Position numbers and translations under genes: made by a program. The notes beneath the pieces were generated by a model. That model made no database searches and was not told the origin of the DNA. It saw only the letters and a list, made by a program, of their open reading frames with translations. From Eledone cirrhosa (Eukaryota), in the NCBI GenBank assembly GCA_964016885.1, contig OZ024743.1, positions 293,136,001 through 293,200,000 on the forward strand: DNA of 64,000 bases, given 5' to 3'. Of this stretch, positions 12,631-24,982 are shown in pieces (positions within the stretch are counted from its first letter, which is position 1; each line of letters starts with the position of its first letter).

Positions 12631-12934
12631 TTTCGTATTCTAACTTTTGTATCTATATATTCATACTTCAAACCCCACCGTCTGAGGTCAATAATATAAT
12701 GTAGTCAGTTAATTGAGTTTCCCTTAAATTAGAAATTATTAGTAGTCGGAGGAGAAGAGGGAGTAGTAGTTGTAGGAGAAGGAAATGAGTATTAGGAGGA
12801 AGAAGAGAAATAGTAGTAGTAGTAGTAGTAGTCGGAGGAGGAGGAGGAGGAGGAGGAGGAGGAAGAGGAGGGAACTAGTAGTAGTAGTAGAATTAGTGTG
12901 AGTAAATGTAACAGTTGTAGTATCTTGTGTATAT

Positions 12935-13209
12935 TCTCTCACACACACACACTCTCTCTCACACACACACACACACATACTCTCTCTCTCTCTCATACAG
13001 ACACACACATACACACTCCCTCTCTCTCTCTCGCTCTCGCTCTCACACACACACACACACTCTCTCTCTCTCTCTCTCACAGATACACTCGCCCTCTCTC
13101 TCACACACACACACAGACACACTCTCTCTCACACACAGACACACTCACTCTCTCTCACACACATACACACACGCTCTCTCTTTCTCTCACAGATACACAC
13201 ACACACACA

Positions 13210-13254
<45 letters not shown>

Positions 13255-13265
13255 TTTCTCTCTCG
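12935..13265. repeat. (CA)n/(CT)n compound microsatellite
   Basis: Direct reading. Confidence 0.95.
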
Positions 13266-13506
13266 TTCTACGTTTCTCTCTTTCCCCTTCATACTTTGTT
13301 TCAAAACTGTTTCTCCCACCAAAAATTAAAAAATACAATTCAATTATCCATTTTGAAAGATATTTAATTAATTAATTAATTAGTTAGTCATTTATATAAT
13401 TAGTAAATCACTTATACAGGAGAAAAACTAATTAATCATCATTTATATATTATATGAGGACATTTTTCAGATTGACATCGTCCTCTTCATCTTTCTCTCA
13501 TTTCAG

Positions 13507-13556
13507 TTCTAATTATCAAGATTTCCTGTCAACGAAGCAGTGGAGTAATAGGCAGG
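13507..13556 (+). other. Candidate 50-nt host exon
   Basis: Polypyrimidine tract + TTTCAG acceptor and AGG|GTAAGT donor; two frames open; no homology recognised. Confidence 0.3.
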
Positions 13557-13669
13557 GTAAGTCCGCTGGACTTATGTAGCATACCGTTGAGTTCAAACAC
13601 CAACTTTGACTTTCGATACTTCCAATGTTAACTCACCCGTGTTTGCTGAACCAATAGTAACTTGACGTT

Positions 13670-13715
13670 CGGGGAAACCTTTTCTCAATTCTGTCCGCCG
13701 GGGCTTTGGGAGGCC
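13670..13715 (+). mobile_element. Short CRE-type 3' relic
   Basis: CGGGGAAACCTTTTCTCAATTCTGTCCGCCGGGGCT resembles 4521-4557. Confidence 0.5.
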
Positions 13716-13933
13716 AGCACGTGGGACCCCATTTGCTCACCATACAGAGAGATGGGGAGGGCGAGAGAGATGGAGGCGATGACAGTGGGAGTTCGGCTCT
13801 TCCACGTTCGGACCATATCCTTCCGGTTGGGTTCATTATCTATATAGAATATTATATCCATGAATTAATGTCACTACCTCTCTTTATATATCTAGGGTTC
13901 CATTTTAGTCTTATATATTACCATTATAATATT

Positions 13934-14402
13934 GGTCAGTGGATTGGCAGTATCGGTAGAGGGTCGGACGCCATGCTTTCCAGCATAGCTATGTCCCTTT
14001 ACGATCTGAGTTCAAATCCCGCCGAGGTTGACTTTGCCTTTCATCCTTACGGGGTCGATAAAATAAAGTACCAGTAATGCACTGGGTAATTGCTGGCCTT
14101 GTGCCTAAAGTAGAAACAATTATAAGGCGGTGGATTGGCAGTATCGGTAGAGGGTCGGACGCCATGCTTTCCAGCATAGTTATGTCCCTTTATGATCTGA
14201 GTTCAAATCCCGCCGAGGTTGACTTTGCTTTTCATCCTTACGGGGTCGATAAAATAAAGTACCAGTAATGCACTGGGTAATTGGTGGCCTGGTGCCTAAA
14301 GTAGAAACAATTATTAGGGCGGTGGATTGGCAGGATCCGTAGAGGGTCGGACGCCATGCTTTCCAGCATAGTTACGTCCCTTTACGATCTGAGTTCAAAT
14401 CC
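13934..14402 (+). mobile_element. Head-to-tail SINE trimer (~191-bp unit, third copy truncated)
   Basis: Near-identical units GTGGATTGGCAGTATCGG...AGTAGAAACAATTAT. Confidence 0.92.
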
Positions 14403-14420
14403 CTACATGGCTGAATACAA

Positions 14421-14629
14421 TAAATGTAATCTGAGTTTTTCGAATATTAATAATAACATTCGATTCGTTTACAATTATGCAAACAAACTTCAATTTTATA
14501 GCCATGTCAGTAGAATGAACACTTCATTCTTGCTCTTGTGTTGGCATGCTAACTCCGTTCGCATGTTCGCATGCCAACACAAGAGCAAGAATCGAATGTT
14601 ATTATTAATATTCAAAAAACTCAGATTAC

Positions 14630-14634
<5 letters not shown>
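14421..14634. repeat. Nested fold-back element abutting (TA)n
   Basis: Outer IR 14421-14466/14589-14634; inner IR TTCTTGCTCTTGTGTTGGCATGC / GCATGCCAACACAAGAGCAAGAA. Confidence 0.9.
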
Positions 14635-14709
<75 letters not shown>

Positions 14710-15168
14710 ATATGGATTGAGGAAGGCGAGGCTGTGTGGTTACTGATAACGTGTGTTAGAAGGTAAGGCGACACAAACAAGAGATGGAAAGTTTCCCTTC
14801 GTCAGCTATTTACTGCGGGTCATAGATCTTTCGGCGCATTATAAACAGAACATCAATCAATAGCGCGCCCATAGCCTTTTATCTATCAAAAAGCCATGAG
14901 GGAAAGAAGTGATAGCGAAGAGAGAGAGAAAGAAAGAAGAAAAGGGGAGAAGAAAAAAGGAAAAAACGAAGTAAACATACCGATAGAATGGGGAACACAG
15001 GAAAATAGCATATATATATATATGTGTGTGTGTGTGTGTTAGCGCGTGCGCGCACGCACACACGCGTGTGTCTATGTGCATGTTTGTACAGGCATATAAA
15101 ATTCTACACAAGCATGAACATCTGATAGTATATAATTACATATATGCATCGAAACATATACATATAAA

Positions 15169-15201
<33 letters not shown>

Positions 15202-15202
15202 C

Positions 15203-16485
15203 TACACGCAACTAACATCACTAACACCCCCCAATCCTACGCACACGAACACACACACCCTCTTACACCACCCACTCTACACACCCTACCACCACTGACC
15301 CCCATTCACACCCGCATTCAACCCTTTCTCCACCTCCAGTATACTAATACCCACTAACACCCCCTTCACCACACACACACTCATCCAAACACGCACACAC
15401 ACACCAGTACACTACACTCCCTCCATCGGCCACCACACCCTTCTCTCCCCGCTCCACCCACACCCTTTCTCAAACACACACACATCCCACTAACACCTCT
15501 ACTAATACACACAGACCCCTCCTCACTCCAACTTTCATCCTCTCCCCTGTCCACCGCACCTCCGCACACACTGACACCGACTTTCTTCACTTACCATTCT
15601 ACCCTACTGCTGCTATGCCTCTCTGACCACCTCCCCGCACACACAGACACACAACCCTCCTCCTGCCTTGACCCTCTGACCACTTCCTGTTGCGCGCGCA
15701 CACCACATCTCCCCTCTTCCGACCAATCTCTTCACGGATTACACATATGTGAACCTTGATCCCGAGAATCCACCACATCCCAAGGATATTACTCAGCATT
15801 CCACCACATCCTTTTACGGAATTACCTTAACGACTCACCCTCGGACATAAACCCCAACAAATTTTTTTTCCCCACACGCCATCTACATCCACAAGACGCA
15901 TAAACACCACACACACACACACGTGCGTACCACCACATATTTACACATTCAGCCTCCGAAATCCTCTCCCCCCCCCAACCCTCTATCCACACACGCACAC
16001 ACACTCCGACCTACACCCCACCCCACACACACCTCTTCCTGAACATGCAACCCCGTTCTTCCCCCAACTCTTACTTTCACATACACACACACACACACAC
16101 ACACGTACACCTACACACACACACCACCTTCAGCCCTCCCCGCTCGGACACCCCGTCTCCCTCTCCCCACTCCACCCGCCACCACCCCTACATGCCCCAC
16201 ATCTTCCACTACCTGTTTTACTCCATGTGTATTTTTAATTTTATTTTGATCATGCCTTTATATTTAATTTCATTTGTACCGTTTTCTCTCACCACCTTTT
16301 TTCTATATGTCTCTCCACCACTCCCCTACACACCCTTGGAACTCTCTTCCCACACACTTTTCACCTGAAGAAGGGCTTATGCCCGAAACGTCGTTCCCCA
16401 CCAATACCCCACTCTCAAGAGCGTGAAACTAATAAACCTTTGTTCGTACTGCCTCTCTGTTTTGTTCCCGTTCACTTTTTTACTA
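15203..16485 (+). mobile_element. PLE-like element between (TA)n tracts, C/A-rich body, 3' HHR + AATAAA
   Basis: HHR at 16362-16394, AATAAA at 16431, TA tracts both sides; no recognisable ORF. Confidence 0.55.
16362..16394 (+). ncRNA. Minimal hammerhead ribozyme of the classic PLE type
   Basis: CAC CTGAAGA A GGGC-TTAT-GCCC GAAAC GTC^GT; palindromic ACGT in place of stem III. Confidence 0.75.
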
Positions 16486-16503
16486 TATATATATAGATAT
16501 ATG

Positions 16504-16691
16504 TAAGTTATTCCGGGTTGGAATCGGAGGTAACCACAGTAAGTAAGGTACTCAATACATAGCAGAGTATAAATATTTAAATATAGAAAAGCTTCTACAA
16601 GACTAGAACTGTTTTATTCGTGAGAAATCATCAGGAAGCTTCCTGATTTCTCACGAATGAAACAGTTCTAGTCCTGTAGAAGCTTTTCTAA

Positions 16692-16750
<59 letters not shown>

Positions 16751-16800
16751 CAAGTTATTCCGGGTTGAATTGGGGGTAACCACAGTAAGTAAGGTACTCT
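16504..16800. mobile_element. pLTR-like fragment with zero-spacer palindrome (16584-16690) containing two mutated HHR copies; first ~48 bp repeated at 16752-16799
   Basis: Axis at GGAAGCTTCC; minus arm CTGATGA...GAAT-AAAAC, plus arm CTGAT...GAAT-GAAAC. Confidence 0.7.
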
Positions 16801-16830
16801 ATCTCTGTGTCATTCAATCTCTCTCTCTCT

Positions 16831-16947
<117 letters not shown>

Positions 16948-17169
16948 TTGAATGACACATAGATAGATAGTTTAGGTGGTTTGATATCGAAAGTGTTAAT
17001 ATCATAGGCCCATTTCAATTGCCCCACCTGGTTCCCTCTCTAGTCAGGTGGTCAATAAAATCTGTACCACTCACGAATCGATTGTCGACGAAATTGTTCG
17101 AATAATACACCTACTTGTGTGAGAAATAATTATTAATGTTGATACCTGAAGTCCAATAAATATAAATGC

Positions 17170-17670
<501 letters not shown>

Positions 17671-18129
17671 TATGTGTATGTGTGTGTGTGTGTGTGTGTG
17701 TTAATAAATATGCATATGTATGTGTGTATATGCATTTATAATCCATACACACTTGTGGATGTATATATGTATACATCATGCGTGCAATTGAGACAATCAA
17801 TTTTTATTGAAAAACAACAACAACAACAATAATAATAATGATAATAATAATAATGATAATAATAATAATGATAATGATAATAAAATTAAGTTGGTATAAA
17901 ATGAGTTATTTAAATGCAATGAAATTAAATCAAAATAACGAGGAGATATCACGAAAATGAAAAAAAGAACGATATATAATATAGTGCAATATAAAGACTT
18001 TGAAAAGATTAAAGATAACAGAGAATGCCATTAACGTCTGCTAGAACTATTGCAGGCTAGCAACTGGTAAGTCTTTTATAAGTATAATAGCATTTAATCA
18101 TGTTTTATACTTAGCAGCCTGACAGACTC

Positions 18130-18735
18130 CCGGGACGCCAGAATCGTTAGAGCGTCGGTTGAAATGCCTTGGGCTATTTCTTTCGGTTCTTTACATTTTG
18201 AGTTCAAATCGCGTTCAGGTTAAATTTGACTTTCGTCATTCTGGGATAAATAAAATAAAGTATCATTCAAGTACTGGTGTAGATTTAATTGATTCCCCTT
18301 CCCCGCCTCCAAATCGATGGCCTTGTGCCTAAATAAGAAATCCTTATTGGGAAATAATTTGCAGTATACCTTCAAATTCTTTAAGTTCTATGTTCAATTT
18401 TGTCTTTCGTCATTCCGATATCGTTAAAATAATGTACTTGTCAATAACTAGGGCCAATATAATCGACTGTCTCCTCTCAGCCTCCAAATCAGGGGCCCCG
18501 CGCCTAAATTACAAACCAATTATGCAGAAAACTGACAGTAAACTTAGAACGTCGGGCAAAGACATCGCGGTATAATTCTGTTTTTTATATTTTGAGTTGT
18601 AATCTTGTGATCAACTTGCGCTCTCGTCCTTCCGAGTTCAATAAAATAATGTACCAGTTAAATGTTCGATGTAATCGACTGTCCCCTGCCCTAAATCTGC
18701 TAGCCTTGTGTCCTTGAGCCTATGTTAGAAACAAT
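18130..18735 (+). mobile_element. Cluster of three older SINE copies
   Basis: Box B and central domain remnants; tail CCTTGTGCCTAAATAAGAAATCC. Confidence 0.75.
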
Positions 18736-20152
18736 TATTATTAGTGTTATTTGTACGCTATGACCACGAGAAATTCATCCTTTGTTAAATTTACTTTGTA
18801 CTAAACTCCTTCACCACCTAATACATATACACGATTTCTTTGGAGCCTCGATGACAAACATACGCTTTGATTTAAAAATTCCCATCTTGCCAAGACGTGC
18901 AGTTCGTTTGAAATTACTTATCTATTTATTTCTAGACGGAATGCTTTTATAGATTGTATTTACTCGTAATTAAGAAACGTTGAACTATATTTTTTTTAAG
19001 CACTATCTTTAGGCAAAATGGAATTTGTTCAAAATTATTGTATTCTATTTTCATGATGATTTTCACAACCTCTATAAACCTTTCAGCGAAATAACAGCCA
19101 ATTCTCAATTACAGGAGGGATACATTGAATAGTTCCACATGAACGATGTCCGGGAAAACATACGTTGCAACACTTCTGATGGTGGTGTGATGGATAGAGT
19201 AAGCTTTTAACACAGTGGCCTCCACTAAAGGCACCCAAAGTCCAGGTGGAGGTGACAAAACATGTGCGAGATTAAGTCTACTACCCATGTAAGCCACAGA
19301 AGGATGTGACCTTAGAACACAAAGAACCTACTCGTATTCAAATATCTAACAATTTCGCCAATACACCGCCATGGACTGTGACATTGTTTTATCCGTCTTC
19401 AATCAATGAAAAGCAATGTTGCTCTGAGTAGGATTTGAACTCAGAGCGCTGAGAGCTGGAATACGTGTCACAAAATATTCTATCTTCTGTGGTTTATTTG
19501 AGTGGTGGATTTAATCTATCCACTGGTTTAACACCACCACCTGCACACTGTAGAATGCAAGCATTCTAGCCAGGTCTTTGATTTTAGGATACCATACTTC
19601 CTTTCTCCCACCAGTCGCAGAGAATCTGAAAACGTTCATGGGCACTGCCTTTCCTACTCTGTCTTCCTACGTGTCTGAGGAATATCTTGTGGTATTTTCC
19701 CAGCTTTCCGTGCTCAAAGTTGAAATCCCTTCGAGGTCAACTTTGTTTTTCATCTAATCAGGTGGCGATAAAATAAAGTATTTATCTATGACGATGGAGT
19801 GGTGAAATTGTTAGAAGTTCTCACATGATGGCCTGCAGTATTTGTACTATTACTTTATGTTCTGGGTTCAAATTCCGTCTAAGAGGTTCTAATACCACGT
19901 ATGTTTACAGCTAATTATCCGACTAAGGGACCGCAGCTAATTATGAAAACTGCAATGCCAGGAGGAAAATGGTGGCTGTCTGTTACTGTAGTCTGCAGGC
20001 AACTATGACAAGAGCCATTAGTACTATCATCACTGTCTTATTTCTCTTCTATATCTATCACCCAACACATACTCCTGCTCCTATTATCACCATGACGACG
20101 ACCACTACAACCAAACGGCGCCATCTTCCGGAGTATTATTTACCTTCTATTA

Positions 20153-20380
20153 GGGCGGTTGATTGGTTAAATCGTTAAATCGGTAGAGTGTCAGACAAAA
20201 TGCTTTGGGGCACAGCGTAACGTATCATTACGTTCTAAGTTCAAATGGCGCCGAGGTTAGCTTTGTTTTTCATCCTTAAGGGATCGGTAAAATACAGTAC
20301 CAGTAACACACTGGAGCCGAGTTAATCGACTTTCCCCTCCCCCAAAATTGCTGGCCTAGTGCTTATATAAGAAACCTTAT
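20153..20380 (+). mobile_element. SINE copy
   Basis: GGCGGTTGATTGG...GTTCAAATGGCGCCGAGG...ATTGCTGGCCTAGTGCTTATATAAGAAA. Confidence 0.8.
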
Positions 20381-20699
20381 TTCTCTTCTATTAAACCTGT
20401 CTCCTCCTAATTTCTCCTCTCAGTTTCAGCTATAACCACTCCTTTAACTTAATTTACTATTACCACCATCACTATTAACACCACCGCAACCACCAACACC
20501 ACTACCACCACCTCAAGAGTCACTAATATAACCACTACCAACATCAATACTGGTACTAACAGCACGACCGCCACCGCCTTCACTACCACCACGACAAAGA
20601 AAGAATAAAAATCAAAGAAAGATAAAAAAATAAGGGAAAAATCAAATGAAGTGAAAAACTTTTTTAAAAATAGCAGCAGAATTGAAAAGAATGAGAGAA

Positions 20700-20779
<80 letters not shown>

Positions 20780-21519
20780 GAAGGAAGAGATTATATGGAA
20801 ACAAAAAAGAAAAAAAGGAGAGAGAAAACGGGGGAAAATTATAGAATGAAAGAAAGAAAAAAAAGGAAGAAAGAAAGAAGAAAAGAAAGAAATAAAGAAA
20901 GTAAGAATGAGGTAAAGAAAAGATGAAAGAAAATAGGAAGAAAAAGGTTAAAAGAGAGAAGACAAGATAAAGAAGAAAGATGAAAACAAGAAAAAAGTAT
21001 AGTGAATTAAAAGCAAATATCAATGTAAAAAACAAAAAAGAACAAGAATTATATATACAAAAAGATAAAACAAAAATATCAAATGGCATATTTGGTATGT
21101 AATGACTAGCTGTGTGGTGACAAATACTAGTGTAGAACTACCGAAGATCTAAGACACTAAGAAAGAGACATTGGGGATATACATACCTACATGAACATTT
21201 ACATATATATGCGCACACAAACACACATACATATATACCTATATATTTGTTATAGGATGTTGACTAATCAGGGTTGTGTGTGCAACATCCGGATCAGTAA
21301 TCGATGATACAATAGGGTCAAGCACTCGACGTCATGTGTATCCTTCCAAATGCGATTTCGAAGTCCCTAGCGGAGTATACACACAAAAATGAAAATTGCG
21401 AAGGCCAGATGTCGCTAACCATAATTCCTTTTATTTATAATCTGCTGTGATACATATTTCAGTGGCTTTCAAGATTACGTAATGCTGCCATAACACAACC
21501 ACGAACATTGATGGTAATA

Positions 21520-21950
21520 GTAATAATTGTTTCTACTATAGGCACAAGTAATTTTTTGGGGGGATGGGGGGGGGGGGTCGATTAACTCTACCCTAGTACG
21601 TTACTGGTGATTTATTTTATCGACCACGTAAGGATGAAAGAAAAAGTTAACCTCGACCGGATTTGAACTCAGACCGTAAAGGACCGTAACTTTATGCTGC
21701 AAAGCATGGTGTCCGACTCTCTACCGATACTGCCAATTCACCGCCCTAATGGTAAAAGTAATAATTGTTTCTACTTTTTGGCACAAGGCCAGCAATTATC
21801 CCAGTGCATTACTGGTACTTTATTTTATCGACCCCGTAAGGATGAAAGGCAAAGTTTACCTCGGCGGGATTTGAACTCAGATCATAAAGGGCCGTAACTC
21901 TATGCTCCAAAGCATGGTGTCCGACCCTCTACCGATACTGCCAATCCAAT
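21520..21950 (-). mobile_element. Two tandem SINE copies
   Basis: Reverse complement of the 13934-14402 family. Confidence 0.88.
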
Positions 21951-22700
21951 AGTTAATAGTAGTGATAATTCTTATATACAAACAAGCTTACATACATATA
22001 CATTCATACACGCATACATATACGCGTCTACATGCACAAGCATATATATCAAACACATATCTCCACACCTCCGTGTACACAAGTTTATAATAAAGTGATA
22101 ACTAGAAATAAGTTTTAACCCGTACAGATTAACGTAAAAGACACTATTGCATGAAATTAATAAATTCTTAATAAATAATTATTAATAAAAATATATTAGC
22201 AAAATCAAAAATATAAATGCAGAAGTGAAAGAAAATGAAAATAAAAATTAAAGAGTATAGGATAAAGTTTATAAGAGGTTAATATGAACGTTGCTAGTTG
22301 ATAGAATTTACAGTTAATAGTGAGTATAATCGTAGTTACTATACGTTAGTGAAGCAGGACGTGATGTAGACGCTCGGAGTGTATAATATATGGAAGCCAC
22401 AATAATGAAGTTGCAGAGTATTATTAAATTCCACTATAAGTGGAGGTGACATGTAAACACTGCCTCGAGATATAGAATAGATTTATAGGATACTGGTTAC
22501 ATTGATATGGTGTGAAAATATCAGGCATTAGAATTAACAAGTTAGATTTAAAATGAGCTCCATATTGCATCTTTCCCATATGCGGACTGCTATTGCGATT
22601 TGTGTTTTGTTTTTGTTATTGCTGTTCTTGTCCGAAGATAGGTACATTGGTAAATATATTTAAACAGATCAATATAGATTGACATCCAGATAGAAGACAG

Positions 22701-22752
<52 letters not shown>

Positions 22753-22914
22753 TAAAACATGTCTATAGATATATACCATTTCCTCTCCCAATTAGCATAA
22801 TTAACCATATAAAAAAGCGAATAGACCAGGCTATAACAATAAGGCTTCTATGAAGAAATCTCCAACAAATAACCGAAACCAGCCCTTCGCGCCGGCTGCG
22901 ACGGAATATTTATC

Positions 22915-22964
<50 letters not shown>

Positions 22965-23044
22965 CGAAGGAGGTGTGGTAAGGAACCAGATGGACCATAA
23001 CGCACCAGAGTACTCAATACTTAGGGTAGTAGAGTGAGTAATAG

Positions 23045-23153
23045 GAAAATGTTTGACCCCGACAGCAGAGCTCAAGCCGTCTCGATAGCTATTTCTGGAC
23101 CACAAATAGCCGTCGAAACGGCTTTAGCTCTGCCGTCGGGGTCAAACATTTTC
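23045..23153. repeat. Fold-back palindrome of two half-hammerheads, between (TA)n tracts
   Basis: GAAAATGTTTGACCCCGAC... / ...GTCGGGGTCAAACATTTTC; plus arm GAAAC GGC...GCC GTC GGGG. Confidence 0.8.
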
Positions 23154-23273
23154 ATATATATATAGAGAGAGGCCACTGGTTCACTGCCCTTAAACACGTG
23201 ACTTCTCTCTCCCACGTGTAGCTGGATAGTAACTTTAAAATTCTCTTAGCGTTGTCTGAAATGTATAGCCTTA

Positions 23274-23353
23274 CAAACGCTGTAGAACCGGGGTTATTCT
23301 ATTTCTGTCAACAACTTACTGGCGAAACGGATCTATTTGGATTTGTACGTGTG
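23274..23353 (+). ncRNA. Mutated copy of the same hammerhead (core CTGTAGA)
   Basis: Aligned to 23814-23893 at offset 540; A6>U in core and a stem I mismatch. Confidence 0.7.
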
Positions 23354-23813
23354 TTATATAGTTATAGAGGTATTTATTTACGCTTTAATTTATATTTTTA
23401 ATTATCGTGTCTATAGTCTGCCTTTCATAGGTTAAATATTCCATACACTGGTGATTTTTCCCTGAATTATTGATAGCGCACTGTATCTCTCTCTAGTGTG
23501 TTACCTTTTCAATATATTGTATTTTAAAGAGCTCAGGATTTCCTCTCTTTTGAGCACATTATTTACAGGGAATGGCGAGAGTCTATGGCTCCGTTAACTT
23601 GTCGTGATATTTAGCTCGTTATAACAGTCTTTCCTCTCTCTCTGTTCGGTTGAGCACACTTCTCTGAGTGATTTTGGGCTGCCCTTTCTAGCAGCTCGTC
23701 CCTCAGAGGCCACTGGTTCACTGCCCTTAAACACGCTGTGACTTCTCTCTTCCACGTGTAGCTGGACAGTCACTTTCAAATTCTCTTAGTGTTGTCTGAA
23801 ATGTATAGCCTTA

Positions 23814-23893
23814 CACACGCTGAAGAACCAGGGTTATTCCATTTCTGTCAACAACTTACTGGCGAAACGGATCTCTTTGGATTTGTACGTGTG
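23814..23893 (+). ncRNA. Type I hammerhead ribozyme, near-complete
   Basis: CACACG CTGAAGA ACCAG...CTGGC GAAAC GGATCT-CTTT-GGATTT GTA^CGTGTG: 6-bp stem I, full stem III, A.C mismatch at the base of stem II. Confidence 0.8.
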
Positions 23894-24145
23894 TTATATA
23901 GTTATAGAGGTACTTATTTACGCTTTAATTTATATTTTAAATTATCGTGTCTATAGTTTGCCTTTCATAAGTTATAGATTCCATACACTGGTCGTTTTTC
24001 CCTGATTTATTGATAGCGCACTGTTTCTCTCTCTAATGTGTTACCTTTTCAATATATTGTATTTTAAAGAGCTCAGGATTTCCTCTCCTTTGAGCACATT
24101 ATTAACAGGGAATGGCGAGGGTCTATGGCTCCGTTAACTTATCGC

Positions 24146-24196
<51 letters not shown>

Positions 24197-24287
24197 TATA
24201 TACAGAGAAAGAAAGAAAGAATGAGCGAGAGAGAGAGAAGTAGATGGTTGAAGATATAAGTAGGCAGGTAGATATATACACACACAG

Positions 24288-24380
<93 letters not shown>

Positions 24381-24381
24381 A

Positions 24382-24417
<36 letters not shown>

Positions 24418-24589
24418 TGATATTATTTTTATATTCTCCGAAGATACATACAAGTATAGATACCTATAGATAACTGCTGTTCGTCTGCCCATTTCGTGTG
24501 ACAAAGAGGTAAGAGAGAAGATATCAAAATACCTTCAAGTATTTTCATTGAAGTATACATAAATGTATATATGTGTATATATAAAGAGT

Positions 24590-24875
24590 AATGGTTAAAG
24601 ACCCCCTCCGAGGCACAATTCCGCGTAAGTTTGTTTGTGGACGACCAGCAGTCTGCCATGAATGCCAGCCTCCCCTCGCCACGGCATCGATGCTTTCCAA
24701 TGGAAAGGCAATGGGCCATACAGTTTGGTAACTGTGACCTCGCAACTCATTTCTACAGCTGAGTAAACTGGAACAACACGAAATAAAGTGTCTTGCTCAA
24801 GGACTAACCAGTCCGAGAATCGAACTCAGAACCTCCTAACAGCAAACCCAATGCTCTAACTACTAAGACATGCGA
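24590..24875 (-). mobile_element. SINE of a second family (different central domain)
   Basis: Reverse complement has GAGTTCGATTCTCGG box B and CCTTGAGCAAGACACTTTATTTC...CCAGTTTACTCAGCTG. Confidence 0.7.
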
Positions 24876-24893
24876 TTACACACGTGTGTTTGT

Positions 24894-24982
<89 letters not shown>

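Larger units (their letters stand above)
23168..24150 (+). mobile_element. Partial tandem of a 540-nt HHR-bearing unit (PLE pLTR / retrozyme-like)
   Basis: Direct repeats 23168-23610 and 23705-24150, each with an HHR fold; flanked by TA repeats. Confidence 0.8.

Noticed and set aside
13934-14402. CRISPR-like or tRNA gene array
   Set aside because: Units are whole SINEs with no unique spacers; the tRNA-like head lacks a complete cloverleaf
14785-14895. Minus-strand HHR-like fragments (CTGACGAAGGGAAAC; GCGCCGAAAGATCTA)
   Set aside because: Cannot assemble core plus stems; too degenerate to call
19114-19198. Possible exon between TTACAG and GTAAGC
   Set aside because: Stops in all three frames from the acceptor; no other support
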